A stretch of DNA of 64,000 nucleotides from Bdellovibrionales bacterium. GTDB lineage: Bacteria; Bdellovibrionota; UBA1018. A program made the translations under genes and the position numbers. Where the stretch lies: the NCBI GenBank assembly GCA_016786465.1, contig JAEUWC010000020.1:40217-104216 (forward strand), in the 5' to 3' direction. The notes under the pieces were generated by a model. That model searched no databases and had not been told where the DNA came from. It worked only from the letters and a program-made list of their open reading frames with translations. Shown here one piece after another: positions 33,962 to 43,854 of this stretch (within the stretch, counting starts at the first letter, position 1; every line of letters starts with the position of its first letter).

Positions 33962-34561
33962 ATGAAAACTTTATTCAAAGTACTTGTGGGACTTTTGCTG
34001 GTTTTAGTCGTGGGCGGCGTGGCCGGCTACGGGTACATGGGCGGGTTCAATACGATCGAAGTCAGTCATGCGGGATTTCAGCCCATGGAAATCATTTTTT
34101 CAACGCATCTGGGACCTTATCGAAATCTCAGTTCTTCTTGGGATCAGTTTCGAAAGCAGCACCAAGATTCAGGGCTGGCTGAATGCGACGCAGTTGGAAT
34201 TTACCTGGATCCTCCGGGCACGCCCGAGGAAAAGCTCAGAAGCATTATCGGCTGTCGCGTGGATGGGTTGGCTCCGGAACTGAAATCTGCGCTGAAGGCA
34301 AAGTTCAAAAGCTTCATGATTCCTCAAAGCCCAGCGTTGATGGCGAAGTTTCCTTATAAGAACCCGATTTCTTTTTTCATTGGACCATCCAAGGTTTATC
34401 CCGCCATGCGGCCCATGATTGAAACGGAAGCCCAGAAGACGGGTCTTCCTGCGGTGGCGTATGAAATTTATGGAATGGGTAGCCGGGTGACTGAAATCAC
34501 TTATGCGCTTCCCCTGGGTGTCGCACGAAGTGTTTTTCAACCACTCGAAGCGGCATTCTAA
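33962..34561 (+). CDS. Membrane-anchored GyrI-like small-molecule-binding protein
   Basis: N-terminal TM helix; HLGPY, GIYLDPP, LRSIIG, KVYP, YEIY. Confidence 0.72.
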   Translation: MKTLFKVLVGLLLVLVVGGVAGYGYMGGFNTIEVSHAGFQPMEIIFSTHLGPYRNLSSSWDQFRKQHQDSGLAECDAVGIYLDPPGTPEEKLRSIIGCRVDGLAPELKSALKAKFKSFMIPQSPALMAKFPYKNPISFFIGPSKVYPAMRPMIETEAQKTGLPAVAYEIYGMGSRVTEITYALPLGVARSVFQPLEAAF

Positions 34562-34582
34562 ACCTAGATTTTGGGACTGCCT

Positions 34583-36091
34583 TTAAACCCGGGGTTCATT
34601 CTTTAGGAACTGAACAAAGTTCCACAGAAGTTCAGGAAGGGCCCGAAGTTTTCGCGACCAACTTCGGCTATAAATTCGGCCCAAAGCGCGAAACATTCCG
34701 TATTGAAACGGCGTGTACGGAAACCACCAAAGGGCTTTGAAAACCATAAAGCCACTGATGGGTGAATTGATGTGTCGGGCGTGGACGAATTCTTTCAGTC
34801 CTTCCAGTGAATGGGTTCGCCCTAGGCCTGAATCTTTCAAGCCGCCCCACGGGGTTTCCATCAGGCCTGCAGTAAAAAGAACTTCGTTGACCAAAACCGT
34901 CCCAACCTGAATTTTTCGAGCAACTGATTCAGCCATTCTGCGGTCTTGCGAAAAGACGCTTGCGACCAGTCCGTAATTCGTTTCATTCGCCTTGGTGATG
35001 GCTTCTTGAACCGACCGAAAGGTGGAAATCGCGACCATCGGACCAAAGAATTCTTTCTTAAAGATTTCCGAATCTTCGATCCCGGGCCCCGAAATCACGG
35101 TGGGTTCTAGATACCTACGGTCCGGGCTAAGGTGTCCGCCCATTTCAATTTTGACTCCGGCTTCGCGGGCCTTTGAAAGCTGATCTTCGTAATGATTGGC
35201 CTGATTGGGCAGGGTGATTCGGCCGATATCGTAAGGACCCGTCTGGGCGCTTCTGGATGATCGAAGGTTTTGAACCTTAGTTTTCAAAAGTTCTGTGAAC
35301 GGATCTCGGATGGATTCGTGGACAAAGATGCGTTGGACGGAACCGCAGGCTTGGCCTGCGTTGCAGAATCCTCCCCAAAGGGCCGCACTGGTTGCGTGAT
35401 CTAGGTGGGCGTCGGAAAGAACGATCATGGGATTGTTTCCGCCCAGTTCCAGATTCACGGGGGTTAAGGACTTTGCACAAAATTCGGCAATCTTCTTTCC
35501 TGTAGCGACACTGCCTGTGAAGAAGACTTTGTCAGGACGATTCTCAAGAATCGCCTGGCCCATTTTGCCGTCACCTTGAAAGGTTTGAAGAAGGCCGGCC
35601 GGCAAGCTGGTCTGATCAAAAAGATCCTGAATGGCTTGGCCTGTTCTTTGGGTCCATTCGCTGGGCTTGAAGATCACCGCATTTCCAGCAAAAAGTGCCA
35701 TCGCGATATCGGCAAAGGCCAGCATGAAGGGATAGTTCCACGGTGAAATCACCGACACGACCCCTAGGGGCCAGTAATTGATTTTGCTTTTGCGGTACGG
35801 AAGAAGCCGCATCGCGATTTTCTTGTCTGAAAGGAAATCAGGTCCGTCGTCAGCGATCATCGGTAAAAGAGTGATGCTGGGAAAGATGTCGGAACTGTAC
35901 GCTTCGAATTCAGGTTTTCCGGTTTCTTCGGAGACCAGACGGGCCAGTTCTTCCTGACGATGAATGAGAACTTCTGCGACTTCGCGTAGGATCTTGGCGC
36001 GCGCCTTCAAGGGTCTTTCGGCCCATGCGCTTTGCACCAATCGGGCCTTTTCGAATGCGGAAGCTAAAGTTGTGGGGTCGGAAGTTTGCAT
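34583..36091 (-). CDS. Aldehyde dehydrogenase
   Basis: ISPWNYP, FKPSE, FTGS, LELGG, NAGQAC, EFFGP, PWGGLKDSG. Confidence 0.93.
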   Translation of the reverse strand: MQTSDPTTLASAFEKARLVQSAWAERPLKARAKILREVAEVLIHRQEELARLVSEETGKPEFEAYSSDIFPSITLLPMIADDGPDFLSDKKIAMRLLPYRKSKINYWPLGVVSVISPWNYPFMLAFADIAMALFAGNAVIFKPSEWTQRTGQAIQDLFDQTSLPAGLLQTFQGDGKMGQAILENRPDKVFFTGSVATGKKIAEFCAKSLTPVNLELGGNNPMIVLSDAHLDHATSAALWGGFCNAGQACGSVQRIFVHESIRDPFTELLKTKVQNLRSSRSAQTGPYDIGRITLPNQANHYEDQLSKAREAGVKIEMGGHLSPDRRYLEPTVISGPGIEDSEIFKKEFFGPMVAISTFRSVQEAITKANETNYGLVASVFSQDRRMAESVARKIQVGTVLVNEVLFTAGLMETPWGGLKDSGLGRTHSLEGLKEFVHARHINSPISGFMVFKALWWFPYTPFQYGMFRALGRIYSRSWSRKLRALPELLWNFVQFLKNEPRV

Positions 36092-36124
36092 CGGTACTGG
36101 ACTTGATTATGATGGGAATCTGGA

Positions 36125-37813
36125 ATGAAGAAAAGGATCTGGCCTGAACCCACTGAAAATGCGCGCCGCGTTCTGGAAAGTCGTTATCTTTTAAGGAATG
36201 AAAAAGGGGAACTGATCGAAGATATCGATCGGCTTTTCCACCGTGTTGCCAGTGCGGTTGCGTCCTGTGAAAAATCAGACCGAAAGAAGATTCAGGCCCA
36301 GTTCTTTGAATTGATGCGTTCGTTTCGCTTTTTACCCAATAGCCCGACGTTAATGAATGCGGGAAAAAAAGATGGTCAGCTTTCGGCTTGTTTCGTTCTT
36401 CCGGTGGAAGACCAGTTGGGTTCGATCTTTGAAACCCTAAAGGATGCCGCATTGATCCATCAGTCGGGGGGTGGGACGGGTTTCTCGTTCTCGCGCTTGC
36501 GTTCAAAAGGAAGCGCCGTGAATTCAGGTCAGGGCGTCGCCAGCGGGCCGGTCAGTTTTTTGAAGATTTTTGATTCCGCGACGGAAACCATCAAACAAGG
36601 CGGAACGCGGCGCGGGGCAAATATGGGGGTCCTTCGGGTCGATCATCCCGACGTGATGGAATTCGTTGATTCAAAACGCAGCGAAAAGAGCATCGCGAAT
36701 TTCAATATTTCCGTCGGCATCACCGACCGCTTCATGCAGGCGGTGGATCAGAATCAGGATTTTGAGCTTCTAGATCCGCGAACCGACCAGGTTGTAAGTC
36801 GGGTTTCTGCCAAGAAAATCTGGGATGAATTGACCTTGTCGGCTTGGGCTTGTGGTGATCCAGGAGTCGTTTTTTTGGATCGGATGAATTTTTTCAATCC
36901 AACCCCAGAAGAAGGCGAATTCGAAAGCACGAATCCTTGCGGCGAACAGCCGCTTTTGGCGTTTGAATCCTGCAATTTGGGTTCAATCAACCTAGGTGCC
37001 TATGTCGTGGACGGGATCTTTGACGAACATCTTTTTGTTCAAGATGTCCACCTAGCACTTCGCTTTTTAGACAATGTGATTTCGATCAATACTTTCCCAG
37101 TCGCGGAATCCAGAAAGATTACGGAAAAGAACCGAAAAGTGGGTTTAGGGGTGATGGGATTTGCTGATGCTCTTTTAAGGATGGGCATTCGGTATGATTC
37201 GGCCCAGGCGCGCGGTTTAGGCGAAAGATGGATGGGCCTTTTGGATCGGGAAGCCAAGAAGGCATCGGTAGCGCTAGCCAAAAAAAGGGGCCCGTTTCCG
37301 AATTGGAAGAAAAGCCTTTGGAAGGATCTGGGCTACAAACCCATGCGCAATGCGACGGTTTCCACGGTGGCCCCGACCGGTACGATCAGCATGATTGCGG
37401 GATGTTCAAGTGGCATCGAACCCATCTTTTCGGCCGTCTTTCGGCGAAATGTTCTGGATGGGCAGAACCTTTTGGATTTTCACCCACCGCTTCAAGCGCT
37501 TCTTCAGGAAAAGGGCATCGCTTTTTCTGGGAATGAAGATGCAGCTAGTATTGATAAAAAGGTTCGCGAAGTTTTCGGTTCCGCGTGGAACCCGGGCTAC
37601 GAAGTCAGTGTGGATGGGCATGTACAAATGCAGGCTATCTTTCAGCGTTTTTCGGATAGCGCCGTTTCAAAGACGATCAATTTAAAGAAGGAAGCGACCG
37701 TCGAAGACGTTCGTCGGGCCTATCAAATGGCTTTCAACCAGGGCTGCAAGGGAATTACGGTTTACCGCGATGGTAGCCGCGGATCGCAAGTTCTGGTTAA
37801 TCAAGTGAATTAA
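36125..37813 (+). CDS. nrdJ: Adenosylcobalamin-dependent (class II) ribonucleotide reductase, short form
   Basis: PNSPTLMNAG, LSACFV, RRGANM, TNPCGEQPL, SCNLGS, APTGTIS, VYRDGSR. Confidence 0.92.
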   Translation: MKKRIWPEPTENARRVLESRYLLRNEKGELIEDIDRLFHRVASAVASCEKSDRKKIQAQFFELMRSFRFLPNSPTLMNAGKKDGQLSACFVLPVEDQLGSIFETLKDAALIHQSGGGTGFSFSRLRSKGSAVNSGQGVASGPVSFLKIFDSATETIKQGGTRRGANMGVLRVDHPDVMEFVDSKRSEKSIANFNISVGITDRFMQAVDQNQDFELLDPRTDQVVSRVSAKKIWDELTLSAWACGDPGVVFLDRMNFFNPTPEEGEFESTNPCGEQPLLAFESCNLGSINLGAYVVDGIFDEHLFVQDVHLALRFLDNVISINTFPVAESRKITEKNRKVGLGVMGFADALLRMGIRYDSAQARGLGERWMGLLDREAKKASVALAKKRGPFPNWKKSLWKDLGYKPMRNATVSTVAPTGTISMIAGCSSGIEPIFSAVFRRNVLDGQNLLDFHPPLQALLQEKGIAFSGNEDAASIDKKVREVFGSAWNPGYEVSVDGHVQMQAIFQRFSDSAVSKTINLKKEATVEDVRRAYQMAFNQGCKGITVYRDGSRGSQVLVNQVN

Positions 37814-38496
37814 TTGAGCGTGTATAAGCAGACTGAATCGTAAGTCTTGTAGGTGATCCCAGAGCTTGGATCATTCTTGTCCATTTCTGTAAATTCTTGT
37901 GAAATCCAATTTTTAACTACTTCGACATCCCCCTGTTGGGTCGTTTGGCGTAGGTAGTACTTGGCGTAAGGATCATCTTCACCGTTATGGCTGGCCGATT
38001 CTGTGTACATGATATTGCCTGAGCTATAGACGACTGACTCAGATTTGTAAGAATCACTTCGAGAAAGAGTGCTATCGTCGTCCCAGGTTTGGATTTCTTC
38101 ACCCACTGTAGAAATGCGAGTCCTTCCGTTGGGAAGAGGGCTTTCCCGAGTGACTGTAGTCGCAGTGCTCGATGAGCGTCGATTACTGATCAGTTTACGT
38201 ACTTTTGGGTCGAAGCCTCGATAGCTCCAACTCTCGGAACGGGTTTCATACGTTTTTCGAATCCCACCGTCCGCAAGGCGTTCTTCAGTAACCGTTCCAC
38301 CGAACTGGCTAATGAACTCTTGCTCAGTGACTTGGGTTGGATTGATGACCAGCATTTTTATTGTTTGTTCGCATTTGCGCTTCTTTTTGACCGATGAAAC
38401 GACCTGCTGCGACTGAGTGCCTGCTGTCCCGCCAGAGTTCGTTCCGCACGCAGAAATGAGAAACACCGCACATGGTACCAAAATTCGATTTTTCAT
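37810..38496 (-). CDS. Hypothetical lipoprotein
   Basis: Signal peptide with lipobox ISAC; Ser/Thr-rich body; no recognised family. Confidence 0.7.
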   Translation of the reverse strand: MKNRILVPCAVFLISACGTNSGGTAGTQSQQVVSSVKKKRKCEQTIKMLVINPTQVTEQEFISQFGGTVTEERLADGGIRKTYETRSESWSYRGFDPKVRKLISNRRSSSTATTVTRESPLPNGRTRISTVGEEIQTWDDDSTLSRSDSYKSESVVYSSGNIMYTESASHNGEDDPYAKYYLRQTTQQGDVEVVKNWISQEFTEMDKNDPSSGITYKTYDSVCLYTLN

Positions 38497-38592
38497 AGGT
38501 TGGGCCCATTTAGCGAACAGGGTGGTTTAACTCAAGTGGCAAGAGGGATGGCTGGACGAAGTGTCCCGACTAGCGTATGCCCTTGACCCTGT

Positions 38593-40527
38593 ATGTCATT
38601 TAAGGGTCCCGAAGATTTTGAAGTTCTGGTGATTGGTGGAGGGCACGCCGGTTGTGAAGCGGCCTATTCTTCCGCACGTCTAGGACGCAAGACGGCGATG
38701 CTGACCTTGAATCCTTCTAGAATCGGATTCATGTCCTGTAACCCCGCCATCGGGGGTTTGGCAAAGGGACAATTAGTTAAAGAAATCGATGCCTTAGGCG
38801 GAATTATGGGTTTGAATACGGATCGTTCAGCGATCCAGTTCAAGCGCCTGAATTCTAGCAAGGGTCCCGCCGTAAGGTCTTCGCGAGCTCAATGCGATAA
38901 GGCCCTTTACTCCCTGAACATGCAAAGCACGCTTCGCGAACTTCCGGGTCTTTCGATAGTTGAAGCCGAAGCCACAAAAATTTTGATCGAAGGTCTCCAG
39001 GTCGTGGGCGTTGAACTTCGCGATGGTTCGCAGATTCGAGCCCGCGCCGTCGTCATTACATCAGGAACTTTTTTGCAAGCGATCATGCACACAGGACTTT
39101 CGCAGCAAGAAGGTGGGCGCCTAGGGGATGTGGCTGCCAAGGGTTTAAGCGGAAGTCTTCGTGAACTTGGATTTCGGCTTTCGCGCTTGAAGACGGGGAC
39201 TCCGCCGCGGCTTCATCGAAATTCTTTGGATTATTCCAAGATGGCCGAACAGTTTGGCGATGCCGTACCTTCACGCTTCAGTTTCTACGATAAAAGCGCC
39301 GTTTTTCCGTATCTTCCGCAAGTGGCCTGCCACATCACTTACACCAATGAAAAAACGCACGAATGGATTGAAAAGAATTTTGATCGTTCGCCCATGTTCA
39401 CGGGAATCATTCAAGGTGTTGGACCACGGTACTGTCCGTCGATTGAAGACAAGGTGAAGCGTTTTCGCGAAAGGGATCGCCACCAGATTTTTGTCGAACC
39501 CGAAGGATTGACCACGGATGAAATGTACATCAATGGGATTTCAACCAGCCTTCCTGCAGACGTGCAGGAACAGTTTGTCCGCACGATTGTTGGACTTGAA
39601 AACGCCCAGTTCATTAAGTTTGGTTACGCGGTGGAATACGATGCTGTCGATGCACGGCAACTTCGCGCGACTTTGGAATCGAAAGACTGGAAGGGTCTTT
39701 TTTGTGCCGGACAGATCAACGGGACGTCGGGTTACGAAGAAGCAGGGGCCCAAGGTTTGATTGCTGGAATCAATGCCGCACTGTCCGTTAGGGATAGTGG
39801 TGAGTTTATTCTTTCTAGAATAGATGGCTACATAGGCGTTTTAATTGATGATTTGATCCTAAAAGGGGCGGATGAACCCTACCGGATGTTTACTTCTAGG
39901 GCAGAATACCGGCTTTTGCTTCGAGAAGACAATGCCGACCTAAGACTTTCGCCCCGTGCGATTGAATTGGGAATCTTGGATTCGGAACAAGCTGAAATTT
40001 TTTATCGCAAGCAAGAAGCCATTCAATCGGGACGTGAACAGATCCGGAATCGGTTTTTCTATCCAACGGAAAAAACCAATCGCGTACTGGCCGAAGCTGG
40101 AAGCGCTGAAATTCGAGACAAGATTTCTGCGGAAGTTTTGTTGAAACGTCCTGAAATGGATCTTTCGAAAGTACAGGAATTAAGCCGTAAGGTCGCTGAA
40201 GGAGAAGAAGATCCCCGACCTGTTTTGGATTTGAGTGGCGTTTCAACAGACGCCATTGAGCAGATCGAGATCCAAGTGAAGTATGAAGGTTACATTCAAA
40301 GGGATCTTGAACTTTTGGAAGGCTTACGAAAGAGCGAGGAAGTCCTGATCCCTTCAAATTTGGATTTTTCTTTGATCCCAGGGCTGTCCGCCGAAATTCA
40401 AGGACGGCTTCGGGTTGCAAGGCCTGAAACTTTGGGGCAAGCGAGCCGATTGCCCGGCGTAACACCAGCTGCGATGGCCAATTTGATGATTTTCATGAAA
40501 ATGAATGACCGGCAGGTTGCCCAGTGA
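38593..40527 (+). CDS. mnmG: tRNA uridine 5-carboxymethylaminomethyl modification enzyme
   Basis: GGGHAG, MSCNPAIGG, KTGTPPR, GPRYCPSIEDK, GQINGTSGYEEA. Confidence 0.97.
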   Translation: MSFKGPEDFEVLVIGGGHAGCEAAYSSARLGRKTAMLTLNPSRIGFMSCNPAIGGLAKGQLVKEIDALGGIMGLNTDRSAIQFKRLNSSKGPAVRSSRAQCDKALYSLNMQSTLRELPGLSIVEAEATKILIEGLQVVGVELRDGSQIRARAVVITSGTFLQAIMHTGLSQQEGGRLGDVAAKGLSGSLRELGFRLSRLKTGTPPRLHRNSLDYSKMAEQFGDAVPSRFSFYDKSAVFPYLPQVACHITYTNEKTHEWIEKNFDRSPMFTGIIQGVGPRYCPSIEDKVKRFRERDRHQIFVEPEGLTTDEMYINGISTSLPADVQEQFVRTIVGLENAQFIKFGYAVEYDAVDARQLRATLESKDWKGLFCAGQINGTSGYEEAGAQGLIAGINAALSVRDSGEFILSRIDGYIGVLIDDLILKGADEPYRMFTSRAEYRLLLREDNADLRLSPRAIELGILDSEQAEIFYRKQEAIQSGREQIRNRFFYPTEKTNRVLAEAGSAEIRDKISAEVLLKRPEMDLSKVQELSRKVAEGEEDPRPVLDLSGVSTDAIEQIEIQVKYEGYIQRDLELLEGLRKSEEVLIPSNLDFSLIPGLSAEIQGRLRVARPETLGQASRLPGVTPAAMANLMIFMKMNDRQVAQ

Positions 40528-41198
40528 CTTCGATTGACGGTTCTGTTGATGAACTTTCAACCCTTTTAAAAGGGTCTAGGGCTTTGGACCTTTCCCCCAA
40601 TCAAGTGGCCCGCGTTTTGGACTTTTACCGGGTCCTTCTTGCCGGGAATGCTCGGCAAAATTTGACCCGTCTTACGACCCCGATGCAGTTTTTCGAAGGA
40701 CACCTGCTGGATGTGGTTGAATTGCATGCGTCTGGGACACTTCAGTTTCCTGCTGCTGACTGGGGCAGTGGTTGCGGGGTTCCTGGGCTGCTTTATAGCG
40801 CCGTTTATGGCGGGGATTGGGTTTTGGTCGAAAGCGAAAAGGCTAAGGCGGCATTTCTTGCCGAAGCGGTCGAAGAATTGGGTCTTTCGAGCAGTACCCG
40901 GGTTTATGTAGGGCGGGGCGAGGACTTTTTAAAGAAAGAGCGCGCCGGATCTTTAGTGGCCAGGGCAGTGGGTCCGGTTGAAAGATTCTGGGGTTGGGCG
41001 GAAAAAAGTTCCACGTGGAACAATTTAGTTCTTTTGAAAGCCAAGTCCTGGGATCAAGAATGGGACGAATTTAAGCGGAAACAAAAGAAGTCGACCTGGC
41101 AGATTCAAAAAACACACGCGTATGAAGTCGGCCCCGAAAAGATTCAACGCAAGATTGTTTCAATTGTTCCACGTGGAACAAATTCGTCAAAACAGTGA
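40524..41198 (+). CDS. rsmG: 16S rRNA m7G527 methyltransferase
   Basis: NLTR, HLLD, DWGSGCGVPG, VARAV; follows mnmG. Confidence 0.88.
   Translation: MTSIDGSVDELSTLLKGSRALDLSPNQVARVLDFYRVLLAGNARQNLTRLTTPMQFFEGHLLDVVELHASGTLQFPAADWGSGCGVPGLLYSAVYGGDWVLVESEKAKAAFLAEAVEELGLSSSTRVYVGRGEDFLKKERAGSLVARAVGPVERFWGWAEKSSTWNNLVLLKAKSWDQEWDEFKRKQKKSTWQIQKTHAYEVGPEKIQRKIVSIVPRGTNSSKQ
41007..41022. promoter_or_regulatory. parS site 1 (inside rsmG)
   Basis: aGTTCCACGTGGAACA, matches the parS consensus palindrome. Confidence 0.85.
41165..41180. promoter_or_regulatory. parS site 2 (inside rsmG)
   Basis: Perfect palindrome TGTTCCACGTGGAACA. Confidence 0.92.
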
Positions 41199-41260
41199 CA
41201 GACCGATTTGGTCAAAAAATACTCAGATTCAAATTTTTCAAAAAATTTTGGATATTCCCC

Positions 41261-41289
41261 TTGCGCGGATTTGAGTGTCCACCTACCCT
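41261..41289 (+). promoter_or_regulatory. Candidate sigma70 promoter for parA
   Basis: TTGCGC, 17 bp spacer, TACCCT, preceded by an A/T-tract UP-like element. Confidence 0.4.
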
Positions 41290-41520
41290 AATTTTGTAGG
41301 GCGGAAGTTTTCTGAGTGTTCACGAATAATCCGACCCAGACTAAGTTTTAATCAGCTGGCTTCAGTTGAATACCCACCACAATCACTGAATGCGCCGGGA
41401 GGCTCCCCGAAGGATCTTGAAAAGGGGCCTCCCAAAGCTGCTAAAAAGTCCGAATTTTCGATTGCGTTGTCCGGCATTTCAAGACAACCAAGGGCGACTC
41501 AAAACGAATCGGGGGGTTCC

Positions 41521-42369
41521 ATGGGAAAAGTCATCGCAATTGCCAACCAAAAAGGTGGAGTCGGTAAGACCACCACAGCGGTGAACCTAGCTGCATCTTT
41601 GGCAGTCGCCGAAAAGCGAGTCCTTTTGATTGATTTTGATCCCCAAGGAAACGCGTCTTCCGCGCTTGGAATTGATCGCAACCAGATTAATTCAACAAAC
41701 TCTGTTTATTATGCCCTATTGGGTGAAACCCCTCTTTCTCAAGTGATTCGTCCGACCGAGATGGATTGCCTTTTTGTTGCTCCAACGACGCCGGATTTAG
41801 CGGGCGCCGAGATTGAACTGGTCAGCACTTTTTCGCGTGAATCCAAATTGAAGACCGCGATTGCCGAAGTGAAATCCCAATACGATTACATTCTGATCGA
41901 CTGCCCTCCGTCACTGGGCCTTTTGACCATTAACGCATTAACTGCGGCGGACAGCTATTTGGTCCCCATGCAGTGTGAATATTTTGCGTTAGAAGGTGTC
42001 AGCGATCTGATGAAGACCGTTTCGTTGATTCGTCAAAGTGTGAATCCACAGCTTCAAGACGAAGGGATCGTTTTGACGATGTTTGATGGAAGAAATAACC
42101 TGGCTAATGAAGTCGTTAAGGAAGTTCGCAGCCACTTTGGTTCGCTAGCATTTGAAACCATTGTTCCGCGTAACGTTCGGCTCAGTGAATGTTCCAGCTT
42201 TGGAAAGCCGGTTCTTTTGTACGACATCGATTCAAAGGGTTGTTTGTCCTATTTGAATCTTGCGAAAGAATTTCTAGCCCGCAATCAACCCGTTGAACAA
42301 AAGCCGGTTCCACCCGCGCTTCGGGTACAGGCGCCACAGGCGGCGGGTCAAACGGGTCAGGCAGTTTAG
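41521..42369 (+). CDS. parA: Chromosome partitioning ATPase ParA/Soj
   Basis: NQKGGVGKTTT, DPQGNAS, DCPPSLG, QCEYFALEG, PRNVRLSE; start ATG 41521. Confidence 0.95.
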   Translation: MGKVIAIANQKGGVGKTTTAVNLAASLAVAEKRVLLIDFDPQGNASSALGIDRNQINSTNSVYYALLGETPLSQVIRPTEMDCLFVAPTTPDLAGAEIELVSTFSRESKLKTAIAEVKSQYDYILIDCPPSLGLLTINALTAADSYLVPMQCEYFALEGVSDLMKTVSLIRQSVNPQLQDEGIVLTMFDGRNNLANEVVKEVRSHFGSLAFETIVPRNVRLSECSSFGKPVLLYDIDSKGCLSYLNLAKEFLARNQPVEQKPVPPALRVQAPQAAGQTGQAV

Positions 42370-42397
42370 TTTTCAGGTTTTTCAGGAGTATTGATTT

Positions 42398-43408
42398 ATG
42401 GCAGGCAAAACGGTTCTAGGTCGCGGTTTAGGTTCTCTTTTCCCACCCATTCAACCCGCACAAACTTCGGGAACGACGGGGACGGGTGCAACCCAAGCAG
42501 GCATCCCGACGCCGACTTTGAATGCTCCGATTTACCAACAGCAGAGCACGGATAGCAGCCGTGATCGGCACCCCGGAATCAGCCTTGCTTCGATCCAAGA
42601 AATCATTGCAAACCCCTATCAGCCACGACGTGACTTTGATGAATCAGCCTTAGAAGAATTAGCGGCATCGATCAAAGCCAGTGGAATTATTCAACCGCTT
42701 GTCGTTCGTAAATCCAGCCAAGGCTACGAATTGATCGCGGGCGAACGCCGCCTTCGCGCAGCCAAAAAAGCGGGATTGACCCAAGTTCCGATCGTGATTC
42801 GAAAATCAACGGACCGGGAATCGTTAGAAATTGCGCTGGTCGAAAACATTCAGCGCCAGGACCTAAATTGCATCGACGAAGCTTTGGCCTACCAACAGTT
42901 GATGGAAGACTTTGCCCTTACCCAGGAAGAAGTCGCCACGCGCGTGGGTAAAGAACGGGCCACGGTCGCCAACTGCCTTCGCCTTTTAAAGCTTCCGTCG
43001 GAAATCGTCGCTGAACTGAAGGGCGGAAACCTTTCGTTTGGGCATGGCAAAGCGATCTTAAGCTTAGAAGACCAGGCCGCACGAATCGCCCTAAAAAATG
43101 AAATCCTTGCTAACAAGCTCAGCGTTCGATCAGCAGAATCCCGAGCCCAGGAGATCAAGAACGGTGGGAAAGCGGCGACCCAAGAATCCCAAGGGAATAA
43201 AGCAGCTCCGGCCGAACCGAAGAAATCCACACCTTTGACGCAGCGTTTGGACAACCTGTCTCGCGAATTGTCCCGAACCTGGTCGGCCAAGGTTGAAATT
43301 TCTGGATCCGATCAAAAGGGGAAGATTTCGATCCACTATTCAAATCGACAGGAACTTGATCGAATCCTATCCGCCATGCAGAATGAAAAGACATGGCAGA
43401 CCAGCTGA
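42398..43408 (+). CDS. parB: Chromosome partitioning protein ParB
   Basis: LGRGLG, NPYQPRR, IAGERRLRA, ENIQRQDL, HTH. Confidence 0.95.
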   Translation: MAGKTVLGRGLGSLFPPIQPAQTSGTTGTGATQAGIPTPTLNAPIYQQQSTDSSRDRHPGISLASIQEIIANPYQPRRDFDESALEELAASIKASGIIQPLVVRKSSQGYELIAGERRLRAAKKAGLTQVPIVIRKSTDRESLEIALVENIQRQDLNCIDEALAYQQLMEDFALTQEEVATRVGKERATVANCLRLLKLPSEIVAELKGGNLSFGHGKAILSLEDQAARIALKNEILANKLSVRSAESRAQEIKNGGKAATQESQGNKAAPAEPKKSTPLTQRLDNLSRELSRTWSAKVEISGSDQKGKISIHYSNRQELDRILSAMQNEKTWQTS

Positions 43409-43785
43409 ACTTAAAATCACCGATCACCCACTTCGCAGTTACCGGGGTCCTAGACCGCGGCTGTGAGTTTGAAGGGAAGCTTTCCTTTCAAGGAACCGTT
43501 AGAATCAGCGGAATGTTTCGTGGAGACATCTTCACGCCCGACACCCTGATCATCGGCGAAGGAGCCCGAATCCAGGCCAATGTCGAAGCCGGAACAGTGA
43601 TTATCAGCGGCGAATTCAGCGGCAGTGTTCGTGCCCGTCACCGCGTAGAAATCCACCAACCCGCCATTTTCAAAGGCGATATCTTGACTCCTTCACTTCG
43701 GGTCGAAGAGGGAGTCATTTTCGAAGGAAGTTCGAAGATGGTCACCCAACCCGCAGCCCCTGGAAAATCTTCCATCGCGAACTAA
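43393..43785 (+). CDS. Bactofilin (polymer-forming cytoskeletal protein)
   Basis: Beta-helix repeats FEGKLSFQGTVRISG, GDI, VEEGVIFEGSSKM. Confidence 0.88.
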   Translation: MADQLNLKSPITHFAVTGVLDRGCEFEGKLSFQGTVRISGMFRGDIFTPDTLIIGEGARIQANVEAGTVIISGEFSGSVRARHRVEIHQPAIFKGDILTPSLRVEEGVIFEGSSKMVTQPAAPGKSSIAN

Positions 43786-43854
43786 TGCGTCCTTGACCGG
43801 CCGTTTAAGCGCATGTTACCCCGCTGATGTTCCAAACATTTAGGGAGATTCCGC

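Noticed and set aside
31876-36124. Cobalamin riboswitch near the B12 enzymes
   Set aside because: Intergenic gaps are too short and no B12-box is visible
29813-38592. Block between mnmE and mnmG as a mobile island
   Set aside because: No integrase, transposase, tRNA target or flanking repeats seen
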